NCBI GenBank assembly: GCA_951406725.2
Contig: OX597819.1
Coordinates: 29,388,001-29,452,000 of the forward strand
DNA length: 64,000 nt
Origin: Octopus vulgaris
Taxonomy: Eukaryota
Direction of reading: 5' to 3'
Every line of letters starts with the position of its first letter. The stretch's first letter is position 1. Positions 53,152 to 64,000 of this stretch are shown one piece after another. Under the pieces are notes generated by a model. The model searched no databases and was not told where the DNA came from. It saw nothing but the letters and a program-made list of their open reading frames with translations. The translations under genes were made by a program, and so were the position numbers.

Positions 53152-53247
53152 TAACTGCACTGATAAACTTATGTCACTTAATAGAAACAATCTACTATCT
53201 ACAATTTCATTTCACAGTTGATTCTGTTAATAACAATATATCCTTAA

Positions 53248-53798
53248 CCCATTAGCATTTAAACCAGCCATATCCAGCCGAAATAAGTTACCTGTTTTAT
53301 GTTCTAGCTAGCCAGCCAGCCAATCATTACTATTGTTCAATGCTATTATAAAATATACTACTACATTATCTTAATTCTGAAGCTATAAAACAGTGCAAGG
53401 TTAATTAAAAACTAAAGAGAGGGTCAATTTTATAAAAAGCACTGACCAAATGTTGGGTCTCATGGAGGCAGTGGACAAGTGATCAAGACCTTTGGTGATA
53501 TACCGTGCTTGAGAAGACCCGTGAAGCCAGGTGAGATCATAATCGTGGTGGATGCCAGTGCTGCATAACTGGTACCCACACCTGTGGCACATAACAAGCA
53601 CACACTACACTCTTGGAGTGGTTGGCATTAGAAAGAACACCGAACTGTAGAAACCATGCCAAATCAGATTGGAGCCTGGTGCAGTTTACTAGTTTTCAGT
53701 CAACTGTCCATCCCATGCCAGCATGGAAAATGGATGTAAGATGATGATGATAAATGAAAAAGCATGACATTTGACAGAATAATCTGAATGATAAAGGG
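53248..53798. mobile_element. TTAA MITE family 1 interrupted by an RTE 3' end (about 53445-53751)
   Basis: TTAA|CCCATTAGC..ATAAAGGG|TTAA termini; internal CCCATGCCAGCATGGAAAATGGATG..(GAT)n. Confidence 0.8.
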
Positions 53799-53962
53799 TT
53801 AAGTCATAATTTCCCATCAGTCATTCAGTAAAACCACAAAATCTTACACTTACCCTCTACTTATACTGGGTACATGATACATAGTTCCTAACAATTCTGT
53901 CTCTTACTTATAAGCAATACTATTTCCCAGAGTACTGCTGTTTGGTAGTCTCTCTACTTTGA

Positions 53963-54188
53963 CCCTTTTTTTTCTTACCATATTTCTATTGAGCTACTCC
54001 GTGTTTCTTTCAATTGATTTTAAATATAACAAAGAATTTATAAAAATAACTTAAATATCATTAAGTTAGTATTAGGAACATAAATTGTGACTTAGGTTTG
54101 GTGGAAGATTTTAATTCGGAATTTTTGAAAACAAGACATTTGTACTACAGAGCCAGGGGTGGTTTCAGGTGGGATGGTATCAAAAGGG
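53963..54188. mobile_element. TTAA MITE family 2 copy
   Basis: Reverse-orientation match to 42761-42981; ends AAAAGGG|TTAA. Confidence 0.75.
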
Positions 54189-55772
54189 TTAAACTAACAA
54201 ATCTTTAATATGGTACTCTTTGAACCATTTCACTATATACTTTTTACTTAGCTTTGAAATATTTTCTGCAGCTTTGGCAAATTCTGCAGTGAGAGACAGG
54301 TTATCAGCCCAAGAATTCCAAGGATAACAAATCCCAAATTTTAATATTGTTAAACTGGAACTAAATAAAAGACAAAAGGTGGAAAAAGGGAAAAAGTTTT
54401 CGTAAACATCTACCCATATATGTACAGGCATGGCTATGTGGTTAAGAAACTTTTGTGGCAACCATGTGGTTTTGAGTTCAACTGTACCCAGAGCCATTGG
54501 CTGACCAATGTGAGTGAATTCATAAGACAGAAACTGTAGAGAAGCATTGGTGTGAGTGCTGGCGCCACACAAAAAGCAACCAGTACACTCTGTGAAGTAG
54601 ATGACATTAAGAAGGGCATCCAGCTGTAGAAACCAAACCAAAACAGACTATGGAATCCGGTGAGACTCCTGGTCTTGCCAGTTCCTACCAAACCATCCGC
54701 CCATGTGACCATGTAAAACAGGCATTAAATGTTGATTATGGTGATGATGATGGTGATGATGATGGTGGTGATGATGATGGTGGTGATGATGATGGTGGTG
54801 ATGGTGGTGGTGATGATGGTGGTAATGATGGTGAGGATGATGGTGTGTGTGTGTGGGGTGTGTGTGTGTATGGGAGCCTTTGTCACTGCTTAACAAATGT
54901 AGGTTTGTTTACGTCCCTATAACGTAGCAATTTGGCAAAAGAGACAACCAGAATAAATCCCAGGCTTAAAGAGAAAGTACTGAGGCTGATTCCTTCAGCC
55001 GAATCCTCCGAGATGGTGCCTCAGCATGGCTATAGTTCAATGACTGAAACAAGAAAAAAGATATAATTCATTTCCCACACAAACCAACACAAATAGTCAG
55101 TTTATCACTCATTCTAGGGTAAGCATTCAGACCATGGAGCTCTGGTCTAAGGAAAGCTTCCTCTCTTCCTCTTATGCATCTCAGAGACCTTGGAAGGGGC
55201 CATGAGAACTGCCCTTCATTCTCTAATAAAACCATTAGTAAAACAATAAAACCACCCAAACAGTGTATAATGTATTGTTATACATGGCCCAAATCAAGCA
55301 CAAAACATTAACAGAACGTTGGTTCCCAATATTTAGTCAATGAATGCCAAATAGATGTTTGTGTTTAGCAATAGAATAGGTACATGTGGTTTCACATTCC
55401 AGCAGAAACCAGAAATGTATCTGAGTCAATGTAGCTATTGCTTCCACACTAATGGCTGCAGCACAGCAACATTTGTCCATATACTTGTGGCTACTAAAAA
55501 TTTTCTGCTCTAGTGCACCTGTTCTTTAATTCTGTAGCAGTTCATAATAGACAGTACAGCTGCATCAGTGAGTAAGAAAGACAACTTCCTGCAGTTAACT
55601 AGCAGAATAACTGACAGAGTGACGTACTTTCAGTAAATCAGTAACTATTCCTTAATGAACCTGCAGCTTCTTTTGCACATGCACACACACACACAAACAA
55701 ATACACACGTGCATACATACAGACATGTATACATGTATAAATGCATGAATAAACAGACACATATATATGTCT

Positions 55773-55825
<53 letters not shown>

Positions 55826-55987
55826 TACATTGTAGCTCAAGTAATTCGTCACCATTGCTGGTATCTAAATTCCATTGATAGCGATTTCTTTGTGATTAGA
55901 AGGCTGCTCTTTCTTTAAAAGAAGGATCCAAATAGTTTTTAAAAAAACATAAAAATACAAGATACACACACACATACATTCGAATTT

Positions 55988-56039
<52 letters not shown>

Positions 56040-56043
<4 letters not shown>

Positions 56044-56158
56044 AAATACAAACTGAGACAAGAACGCAAAACATTTAGAAGACGATACAAAAAACACGGA
56101 CAGGACATTCGAAGCCTTCAATCTTCAGTCAAGAACCGGATCATCCTCGCAATTTCGG

Positions 56159-56163
<5 letters not shown>
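56040..56163 (-). mobile_element. Truncated copy of the family 1 Penelope-like repeat
   Basis: GACAAGAACGCAAAACAT..TCTTCAGTCAAGAACCGGATCATCCTCGCAATTTCGGCTGAT matches 35280-35676 without the 35-bp array. Confidence 0.7.
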
Positions 56164-56194
<31 letters not shown>

Positions 56195-56204
56195 TATATA
56201 TATA

Positions 56205-56602
56205 TCTTTATATATAAAAGTCAAGCTGTGTGTCTGTCTCCTACGATTTAGATTCCTAACTACTCCCACGTTTTGCGGTGCAGTTTAACCAAAACTGGAT
56301 ATCTTATAGTCGTGATTCATATCGAGCCCTTCTGGGTATTAGCGTGCGTCTATGATGAGTCTATGCTTTAAAAAATAATTTACCATCATTTTTTTTCCAT
56401 TTTAATGCATTTTTTCGCTATTATATAAGGGAAGTAACTCTCTAAAAATGTCTACGATGAGTAAACGATTTTAAAAAAATTTACCATCATTTTTTTCCCA
56501 TTTTTAATGCATTTTTTTGCTACTTTTTGGCTATAACTCTCTAAAAATGCTTATATAGTTATTTCCCTTACAAACCCGAGCAACGCTGGGCGATACTACT
56601 AG
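56205..56602 (+). mobile_element. Non-autonomous Helitron
   Basis: A|TCTTTATATATAAAA start; CCCGAGCAACGCTGGG hairpin; CTAG|T end; inserted in (AT)n. Confidence 0.85.
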
Positions 56603-56623
56603 TTATATATAAATATAAATTAC

Positions 56624-56674
<51 letters not shown>

Positions 56675-57348
56675 TGCAGAAAGAAATTGATATTGCCCTT
56701 AAGTTCTATGTGATTCACGTTAAAAGGCTTTGTTTCACTAATTTGAATTTTAAATTTTCATCCAACTCTTTTCATTTTTATGTATATCTAATATGAATGT
56801 GTTTGAATATGAATTGATCTGTACTTTGCGTGTATCTATATCAGTCACTGAACCCATATTCATGACAACAAGTATGTATATCCACATGTGTGTGCGTGCA
56901 TGTGTGTGTGTGTGTGTGTGTGAGTGAGAGAGACAGAGACAGAGAGAGATATGCAGATATGTTAAAATTTATGTTAATACCTCTGCCTGCATCTGAACCG
57001 ATGGAAAGAAGCTAACACCAAAAATTTTAATCCTGCAGTATTTATACGAGTAATCTCTGGCCCAAATATTCTACATGTTATATGCTAAAACTAATCAGAT
57101 CTGGCTTCTCACATCAAGCCTACAATGTTATTTTAAAAATAAACAATAACATCATTGAAATACTGTAGCTAAATTACTGTAGTTACAAGACAATGAATGA
57201 TTAATTCAAAACAATGGGAATAGATAAGCATTACATTTGAGAGTCACAATGAATACTAAAGGGTTAAACAGCAAGGTTAAATTAAAACAAAAAAATAACT
57301 GGGCTACTACAGGGTGGTACCCCCTACTGAAAAGTAAAAAAAAAGCTA

Positions 57349-57567
57349 TACTCTTTTACTTGTTTTAGTCATCTGACTGTGGCCATGCTGGAGCACTGCC
57401 TTTAGTTAAGCAAATCGACCCCAGGACTTATTCTTTGTAAGCCCACTACTTATTCTATCGGTCTCTTTTGCTGAACTGCTAAGTGACAGGGATGTAAACA
57501 TACCAGCATCAGTTGTTAAGCAATGTTGGTGGGGACAAACACAGACACACAAACATACACACACATA

Positions 57568-57613
<46 letters not shown>

Positions 57614-57775
57614 ACGGGCTTCTTTCAGTTTCTGTCTACCAAATCTACTCACAAGGCTTTGGTCGGCCCGAGGCTATAGTAGAAGACACTTGCCCAAGGT
57701 GCCACACAGTGGGGCTGAACCCAGAACCATGTGGTTCGTAAGCAAGCTACTTACCACACAGTCACTTCTATGCCT
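57349..57775 (-). mobile_element. Full-length SINE family A
   Basis: Reverse complement of 59909-60298. Confidence 0.88.
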
Positions 57776-58033
57776 AGAGGAACAATATAATAATATCAAA
57801 CACATGTACTGGCTTTAGTATATTCACTTTCATTGACACTGACACTGTCACACATCGAGAAGATCTGTATGAACACCAGCAGCTTCGGAAAATATCACAC
57901 AGGACATGGTGCAGCATCATTTTGTGCCACGATAATGATGATGTTGATACAGACCTTCTTAATGTGTATCAGTGTCAATGAAAGTGAATATACTAAAGCC
58001 AGTACGTGTGTTTGATATTATATTCTTCCTCTA
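57775..58033. repeat. Long palindromic MITE
   Basis: TAGAGGAA..ATATCAAACACATGTACTGGCTTTAGTATATTCACTTTCATTGACACTGA versus TCAGTGTCAATGAAAGTGAATATACTAAAGCCAGTACGTGTGTTTGATAT..TTCCTCTA; TA at both ends. Confidence 0.88.
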
Positions 58034-58119
58034 TTGTTCTTAGTACTTTTTGGTAGAGGGTAACAAGACTTTAGGACCATCCTATAGTATCAGTTTCAAT
58101 AACTAGCACTGCATCAGTT

Positions 58120-58401
58120 ACAACGACAAGGGTTCCAGTCGATCCAATGAATAGAACAGCCTGCTCATGAAATTAATGTGCTGATCACTCCGCAGGCACG
58201 TGTACCCTTAAACGTAGTTCACAGGGAGATCCAGCATGACAATGTGACAAGGCTGGACCTTTGGAATACAGGTACAACTCATTTTTGCCAGCTGAGTGGA
58301 CTGGAACAATGTGAAATAAAGTGTCTTGCTCAAGGACACAACATGCTGCCAGGAATCAAACTCAAGACGAATATCCTAACCACAAAGCCATGTGCCTTCA
58401 C
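58120..58401 (-). mobile_element. tRNA-head SINE (family C head, different 3' part)
   Basis: Minus strand GTGAAGGCACATGGCTTTGTGGTTAG..CCTTGAGCAAGACACTTTATTTCAC; CATCAGT on both sides. Confidence 0.7.
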
Positions 58402-58410
58402 ATCAGTATC

Positions 58411-58687
58411 AGTGGAGGCACATGGCCTAGTGGTTAGAGCAGCGGACTCGCAGTCGAGGGATCGCGGGTTCGAATCTCAGACCGGGCAATGTGTGTGTTT
58501 ATGAGCGAAACACCTAAGCTCCTCACAGCTCTGGCAGAAGGTAATGGCGAATTTTTGCTGACTCTTTTGCCACAACTTTCACTCACTCTTTCTTCCTGCA
58601 TCTTGCAGCTCATCTGCAACGGACCGGCATCCCATCCAGGTGGGGAAACCTATATGCCAAGGAAACCGGGAAACCGGACCTTATGAC
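58411..58687 (+). mobile_element. tRNA-head SINE (family B)
   Basis: A box TGGCCTAGTGG, B box GGTTCGAATC, followed by a non-tRNA body. Confidence 0.8.
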
Positions 58688-59908
58688 AATGTCGAAATAA
58701 GTAAAATCACTGTCTTCTACACATACAAGCTTGTCCTTTCAGGTACTAGTGCCACTTTAGAAGCACCTATGTTGGTGCTACATTAACACACCCATAACAA
58801 TGCTGTGTAAATGCACTCATGCTGGCGCTGCATAAACCACACCTGTGCTGGTGGCATTTATAAAGCACCCAGCACACTCTATTAAGTGGTTGGCATTAGG
58901 AAGGGCATCAACTGTAGAAACCATGCCACAACAGACAGTTGGAATCTGGATAGTGTCCAACTCATGCCAGCATAGAAAGTAGATGTTAAATAACTATGAT
59001 GATGGTGTTTACTAGCACAATTTCAAATTCCATCATTTGACTACCATTCTATCCTTGGTAAGACATTACTAGAACTTGCGATTGGTCAATCTTAAGAATA
59101 CTTGGGTACTGATAACTTGTCTTTTGTTGCAGAATTTTTAAATTCCAGCTCTTCATCTTCTGAGTTCAAATGCAGCTGAGATAGACTTCACTTTTCATCC
59201 TTTCAGGGTTGATAAAATAAGTACCGGCTGAACACAGGGGTCAATGTAATCAACTTCCCTCTCACCTCAGAACTGCTGGCCTTGTGGCAAAATTAGAAAG
59301 AATGTGTGTAAATTTATTAGCAGTTATGAATGAATTTGAAATTTTCTAAATGAACATGAGACTGCAATTAAAATGTGAATAAAGAAGAGAACATTTAAAT
59401 ACTGTGATGCCTTTGAAAATATATTGCATGCTGTTATGATATTCTAGAATGTTCATCACCTATGCTAGAATCTATTGTTCTTTGAAATTACCAAAGTCAT
59501 CCTGATTAAGATCTTAGCATTAGTATCAGGTGGAATAGATGAATGAAACTTAGAATAAAAGCAGATTACGTGACAACTAACTAAATTACTGCATGAAAGC
59601 AGCAGCCTAAGCAATGCTTTGATTTGAAACAGGATTCGATTGAGATGTTTCAATAGATTCTTTGCCAGCTGCTTTATCAGAATGTAGATAAGAAGCTTTA
59701 CCGAAATTTATCCCAGTACTATCTACTCAAGTCCTATTGAAAGATAATCTCATTCAACTAAAAGCTTAAGATTGAATTTATCATAGTTCACTCATGTTGA
59801 CACAAACTAGCCCTGACATTATCAACCAAAAATATGGATAACCTGGAATAATATTGTGAAGTTAAAACATCAGATATACCAAACCAAGAGAGAAATTATT
59901 TGTAGAAT

Positions 59909-60298
59909 GGGTGCGGGAGTGGCTGTGTGGTAAGTAGCTTGCTTACTGACCACATGGTTCCGGGTTCAGTCCCACTGCGTGGCACCTTGGGCAAGTGTCT
60001 TCTACTATAGCCTTGGGCCAACCAAAGCCTTGTGAGTGGATTTAGTTGATGGAAACTGAAAGAAGCCCGTCATGTATATGTATGTGTGTGTATGTTTGTG
60101 TGTCTGTGTTTGTCCCCCCCAACATCGCTTGACAACCGATGCTGGTGTGTTTATGTCCCCGTCACTTAGCAGTTTGGCAAAAGAGAACCAATAGAATAAG
60201 TACTAGGCTTACAAAGAATAAGTCCTGGGGTCGATTTGATTCGACTAAAAGCAGTGCTCCAGCATGGCCGCAGTCAAATGACTGAAACAAGTAAAAGG
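59909..60298 (+). mobile_element. Full-length tRNA-derived CORE-type SINE (family A; resembles octopus OR-type SINEs)
   Basis: A box TGGCTGTGTGG, B box GGTTCAGTCCC, CORE-like CACCTTGGGCAAGTGTCTT, internal (TG)n and 3' end GACTGAAACAAGTAAAAG; more than 10 copies in the window. Confidence 0.88.
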
Positions 60299-60588
60299 GT
60301 AATGTTCTCTGCTGTTGTAACAATGAGAATCATGAGGTAAAGTAAATCGTATGAAAAAAAGTTGGTGTAAATGTGGGAGTAACTGGAGAAAAATGTTACC
60401 CCCATATACAGCTGCCTTTGTTTTAAGTCAGTTCTCCACTGTTGACTCTTGGATCACTAGTGGTCCATCATAAAAAAAAACCTCAAGCACATATCACAGG
60501 AGTATTGAACATTAAGGTACGTCACTGTGTGTTCATATATTTTCTTATTCTAATTGTTTCTTGTTAAGTTGCATATTTTTATGTTTAA

Positions 60589-60818
60589 CCCTTTAGCATT
60601 TAATCCAGTTATATTTATCCCAAATAATCTGCCTGTTTTATGTTCAAACCAGCCGTGTCCAACCTCTCACACCTATCCAACAATGCTATTCTAAAAATAT
60701 ACAGACACACCACTGAAATCTTGAAGCTACAAGATAATTCATGATTAGTTCAAAACAATGTGACTATATAAGCAATACATTTTGACAAAGAAATCTGTTA
60801 AAAGATTATGTGAAAGAG
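60589..60818. mobile_element. TTAA MITE family 1 copy
   Basis: TTAA|CCCTTTAGCATTT start; body matches 12862-13081. Confidence 0.75.
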
Positions 60819-61070
60819 TTAATTAAATTTGGTTTAATTTCCTTGACTGTAAGTTGAAGTGGTTCATAAAAATGAAAATAATAAGAAAACAAATGAGAAC
60901 CCTTATTTTACTGGAACAACAGTAAAACATGACTGTGCGACAATGAAACATTGTTTGCTTAGTTCCAGGTCAGCTCTGATTAATGAAATAAGTGACACAC
61001 AGGTAACTAACTAAACAATTGGTTATGACACATAGATAAGTGTGAGCAAGGTTGTGAATGACTACATTAA

Positions 61071-61290
61071 CCCTATAGCATTTAAACCAGCCATATCCAT
61101 CCCACTTATTCTACCTGTTTTAGGGTTGGACTGTAAAGAGCCAGCCTCTTACACCTACCATATAATGTCATTTTAAAAATATACAATCACATCACCAAAA
61201 TCACAAACATATGAGATAATACAAGATCAATTCAAAACAGGGTGAATAAATAAGTATTATATTTGACAAAGTAATCTGAATGCTAAAAGG
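61071..61290. mobile_element. TTAA MITE family 1 copy
   Basis: TTAA|CCCTATAGC..GCTAAAAGG|TTAA. Confidence 0.8.
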
Positions 61291-62182
61291 TTAAAATGGG
61301 ATCAAAATAGGATATAGCGTTCCAAGTTAGCATCTGTGTAATTAGTATGTAAGTAAGTACTGCTTTGAGTTCTAGGACCCATAGAACTGGTTACCTGGTT
61401 ACCATGATACATAGGTGGCCAAGGTCACAGATTGCCAGTCCATTGCAGTGCTACCTAGATACAGCTGAGTGAACTGAGGCAATGAAAAACGAAGTGTTTT
61501 GCTCATGAATACAAAACACTGCTTGTTCTGGGAATAAAAACCATGATCACAAGTGCAACATCCTAAACACTAAGCTACACTCTATTCACTTAATATGAAT
61601 ATTAAAGAAATGAAAGCTGAGAATGCAGTAGATTATCCAGGGGTAGTTACTGGGCAATTGATAGAATCACACTACATATGTCTTATAGTTAAGTACAGGT
61701 TAATATACTTAAGGTAGTGACACAAGGAGAAGTTAAATTAATTGAAATTACAGCCATATTGAAAAGAGACATCAATAGTGTTAGTGACAATTCTTGGCAA
61801 GAAAACTCAAGAATTTAAAATGGTAAGTACAGTGACAACTCTGGACATGTTTTAGTCTTATCAGACCTCCTCTATGAAGTACTGTCTAGCACATAGCCAA
61901 CAGATTAAGAATAAATTTAAAGTAGACTTAGTTTTTATGTAAATGTCAAAGTTGAGAAAATATCTTAAATATTGGCTTGAATATCCCATTGGATTCATAG
62001 CTTTGGTGTAAAAATTATTCATTGATTAGTTCACTTCAAAATTTGTACTTTCAAATGATTACTCTTTTTGATTTATTACACTAAATATTTTAACCTGCAC
62101 TTCGCTGTATTTCTCTCAAGCAGAAGACATCTTTGGGATATTTCCCAATGTCATTATGTAGGCCATTTTGTTAGTCATTTAC

Positions 62183-62400
62183 TTTAGTGTTCAGAATACT
62201 CTGTTAAATGTAATACTTTTTCACTCAAATTGTTTTGAATTAATCATGCATTATCTTATAGCTTTGAGGTTTCAATGATGTGATTGCTTAATTTCAGAAT
62301 GGCATTGTAGGTTAGGAGTGAGAGGCTAGATATCGCCAGTTTGAATATAAAACATGTAGAATATATTGGGCCGGATTTGGCCGGTTTAAACACTAAAGGG
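62183..62400. mobile_element. TTAA MITE family 1 copy, reverse orientation
   Basis: Ends GGGCCGGATTTGGCCGGTTTAAACACTAAAGGG|TTAA. Confidence 0.8.
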
Positions 62401-64000
62401 TTAAATAACATGAGAACATCCTATTCTTAATGACTAAGTAGCAGCGTACCATGAACCAGTATAAGAATAAAAATTGATCAGCAGCCACAGGTTCATATTT
62501 CAAACAAGATCACTGCATTTGTTCATCTAGAGGAAAGAAGAGACTAATAAATGGATGAGTATTTTATCAGCTTGAACATCTAGGTTCAAATCATCCCATG
62601 TCTACAAGATAATAACATAGGCACCTCCAGTAGTATAACCAAAATCTTCATATTGATGATTTGTCTCAGAATTCTAAGATGAATTAATCAGCAACAAGCA
62701 AAGAAAAAGAAAATGTATCAAAAACACACACAAAAAAAAGAATTGTCATAAGTTTTGGTGAAAACTAAAATGAGTTGAGTCATTATTTCATGGTCTATTG
62801 TAAGCAATTCAATTTACAGGGACTATAAAATGAAAACACTGTATCCTCAAGACAAGATTCAATTAAATGGAAATATATCAGCATATATTAATTTTTGTTT
62901 TCTTTGCACATGTCTGTCATTAAGGCTATTAACTCAAACAACATCCTGTCTCCAGCTAGCTAACAAATAGCAAATCTGAAGATTTTACTTAAAGCATGGC
63001 AAACACATAGTGAGTATAAACAAAAACAAACAAAATGAAGGATAAAGTAAATCTAATTTTGAAGTTTACAAGGATTAAGACTTAATTAGGAAATTAAACA
63101 GAACAAAGTTGCTTAGGATGTTAATAGACTATACTACATGATAGCTTTCTAATTTCTTCAGATATTTTTCAGGTATTTTCTTCATTGTAGATTTTTTTTT
63201 TTAAAACAAGTTTTAATTTTTGACAGATTCATCAGATTCCAGCACAAAAATACTAATTGGGTGGTCACATAAAAAAACAAAAAATAATACCTAAATTTAT
63301 GTCAAAGTAATTATATTCTCTGTGTAAAATGCAACAGAACATTAGTGAATTCAAATCAAAAATAGTAATGCCCAAAAAAAAAAATGAGAAAAAATAGGTG
63401 TTACATCACAACTAACTGAAAACTAGGAAGAAAACAAATGGAAGTGTTGTCTTCTGAAAAGGTGTCAATTCTGAAGAAATCCAATTGGGAAATGGACTAT
63501 GGAGGATAAAATTTCAGGTATCTCAATATTGTATGACTATCATGTTAACATGATACAAGTGACACATTTTTACATTGTCACAATGTACAACCTGTTTACC
63601 ATTAGATTCTATATACTGTATACGTTACTTATTGGTTCAATACCTATCAGGTTGCTCAACCAACTAGAAAGAGCAACCAGATCTTAAAATCATACTCCAT
63701 TATCTTCATACAAAGACACTTGAATGTCTTAGATGAGAGCAGATTTGGGTGAAACAACAGTTGTTGGCAGATATCATAAAAACCAGGTTTCATATGCAGT
63801 TAGTAGAGGTGATTTTTTTCTTACAAAAATACTTTAATAAAGTCCACAGTTTTAGATAAGTTTGTATTCTGTGGGTCACTGGAGAACTGAACTTTTTGGA
63901 GAAATAAAAACAAAAATTTTGTTGTTGTTATAAAGAACTTCCAGCTCCATTTCATACATCATCGTCATAATCAACATCTACTGTCCGTTTTCTATGCTGG

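Noticed and set aside
54648-54922. Poly-His and Asp/Gly-rich ORFs
   Set aside because: A (GAT/GGT)n microsatellite grown from an RTE-type tail.
58411-58485. tRNA gene
   Set aside because: It has A and B boxes but no proper acceptor stem, and runs into a SINE body shared with 5972-6252.

Overview
AT-rich animal genomic DNA, probably intronic or intergenic. I could not support any host protein-coding exon, rRNA, true tRNA gene or CRISPR array. The repeat families (RTE-type LINE with a (GAT)n tail, several tRNA-head SINEs, very long AT/AC microsatellites) look like those of an octopod cephalopod (Octopus); this is inferred from family resemblance, not from a search. Nearly all ORFs in the track are microsatellite or repeat artefacts. 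The recognisable coding remnants all come from transposable elements: a 5'-truncated RTE LINE with an uninterrupted RT frame carrying a PHD-like finger (33270-35154), a decayed full-length Tc1 element (46429-47818), a mariner N-terminal fragment (18367-18770), a Penelope-like GIY-YIG tail with a type I hammerhead motif (14785-15232) and a possible Merlin-like TIR element (39143-40440). Also present are non-autonomous Helitrons, a hAT MITE, TTAA MITEs and fold-back palindromes. The most interesting signal is in four AT-embedded repeats from two families. They contain hammerhead-ribozyme core pieces (NUH, GAAA, CUGANGA) with complementary stems in a non-circularly permuted order, although stem II is weak. 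Other notable items are a possible composite Helitron carrying a mariner fragment and a satellite repeatedly hit by RTE insertions. Boundaries were read by eye, so those of decayed repeats are approximate.
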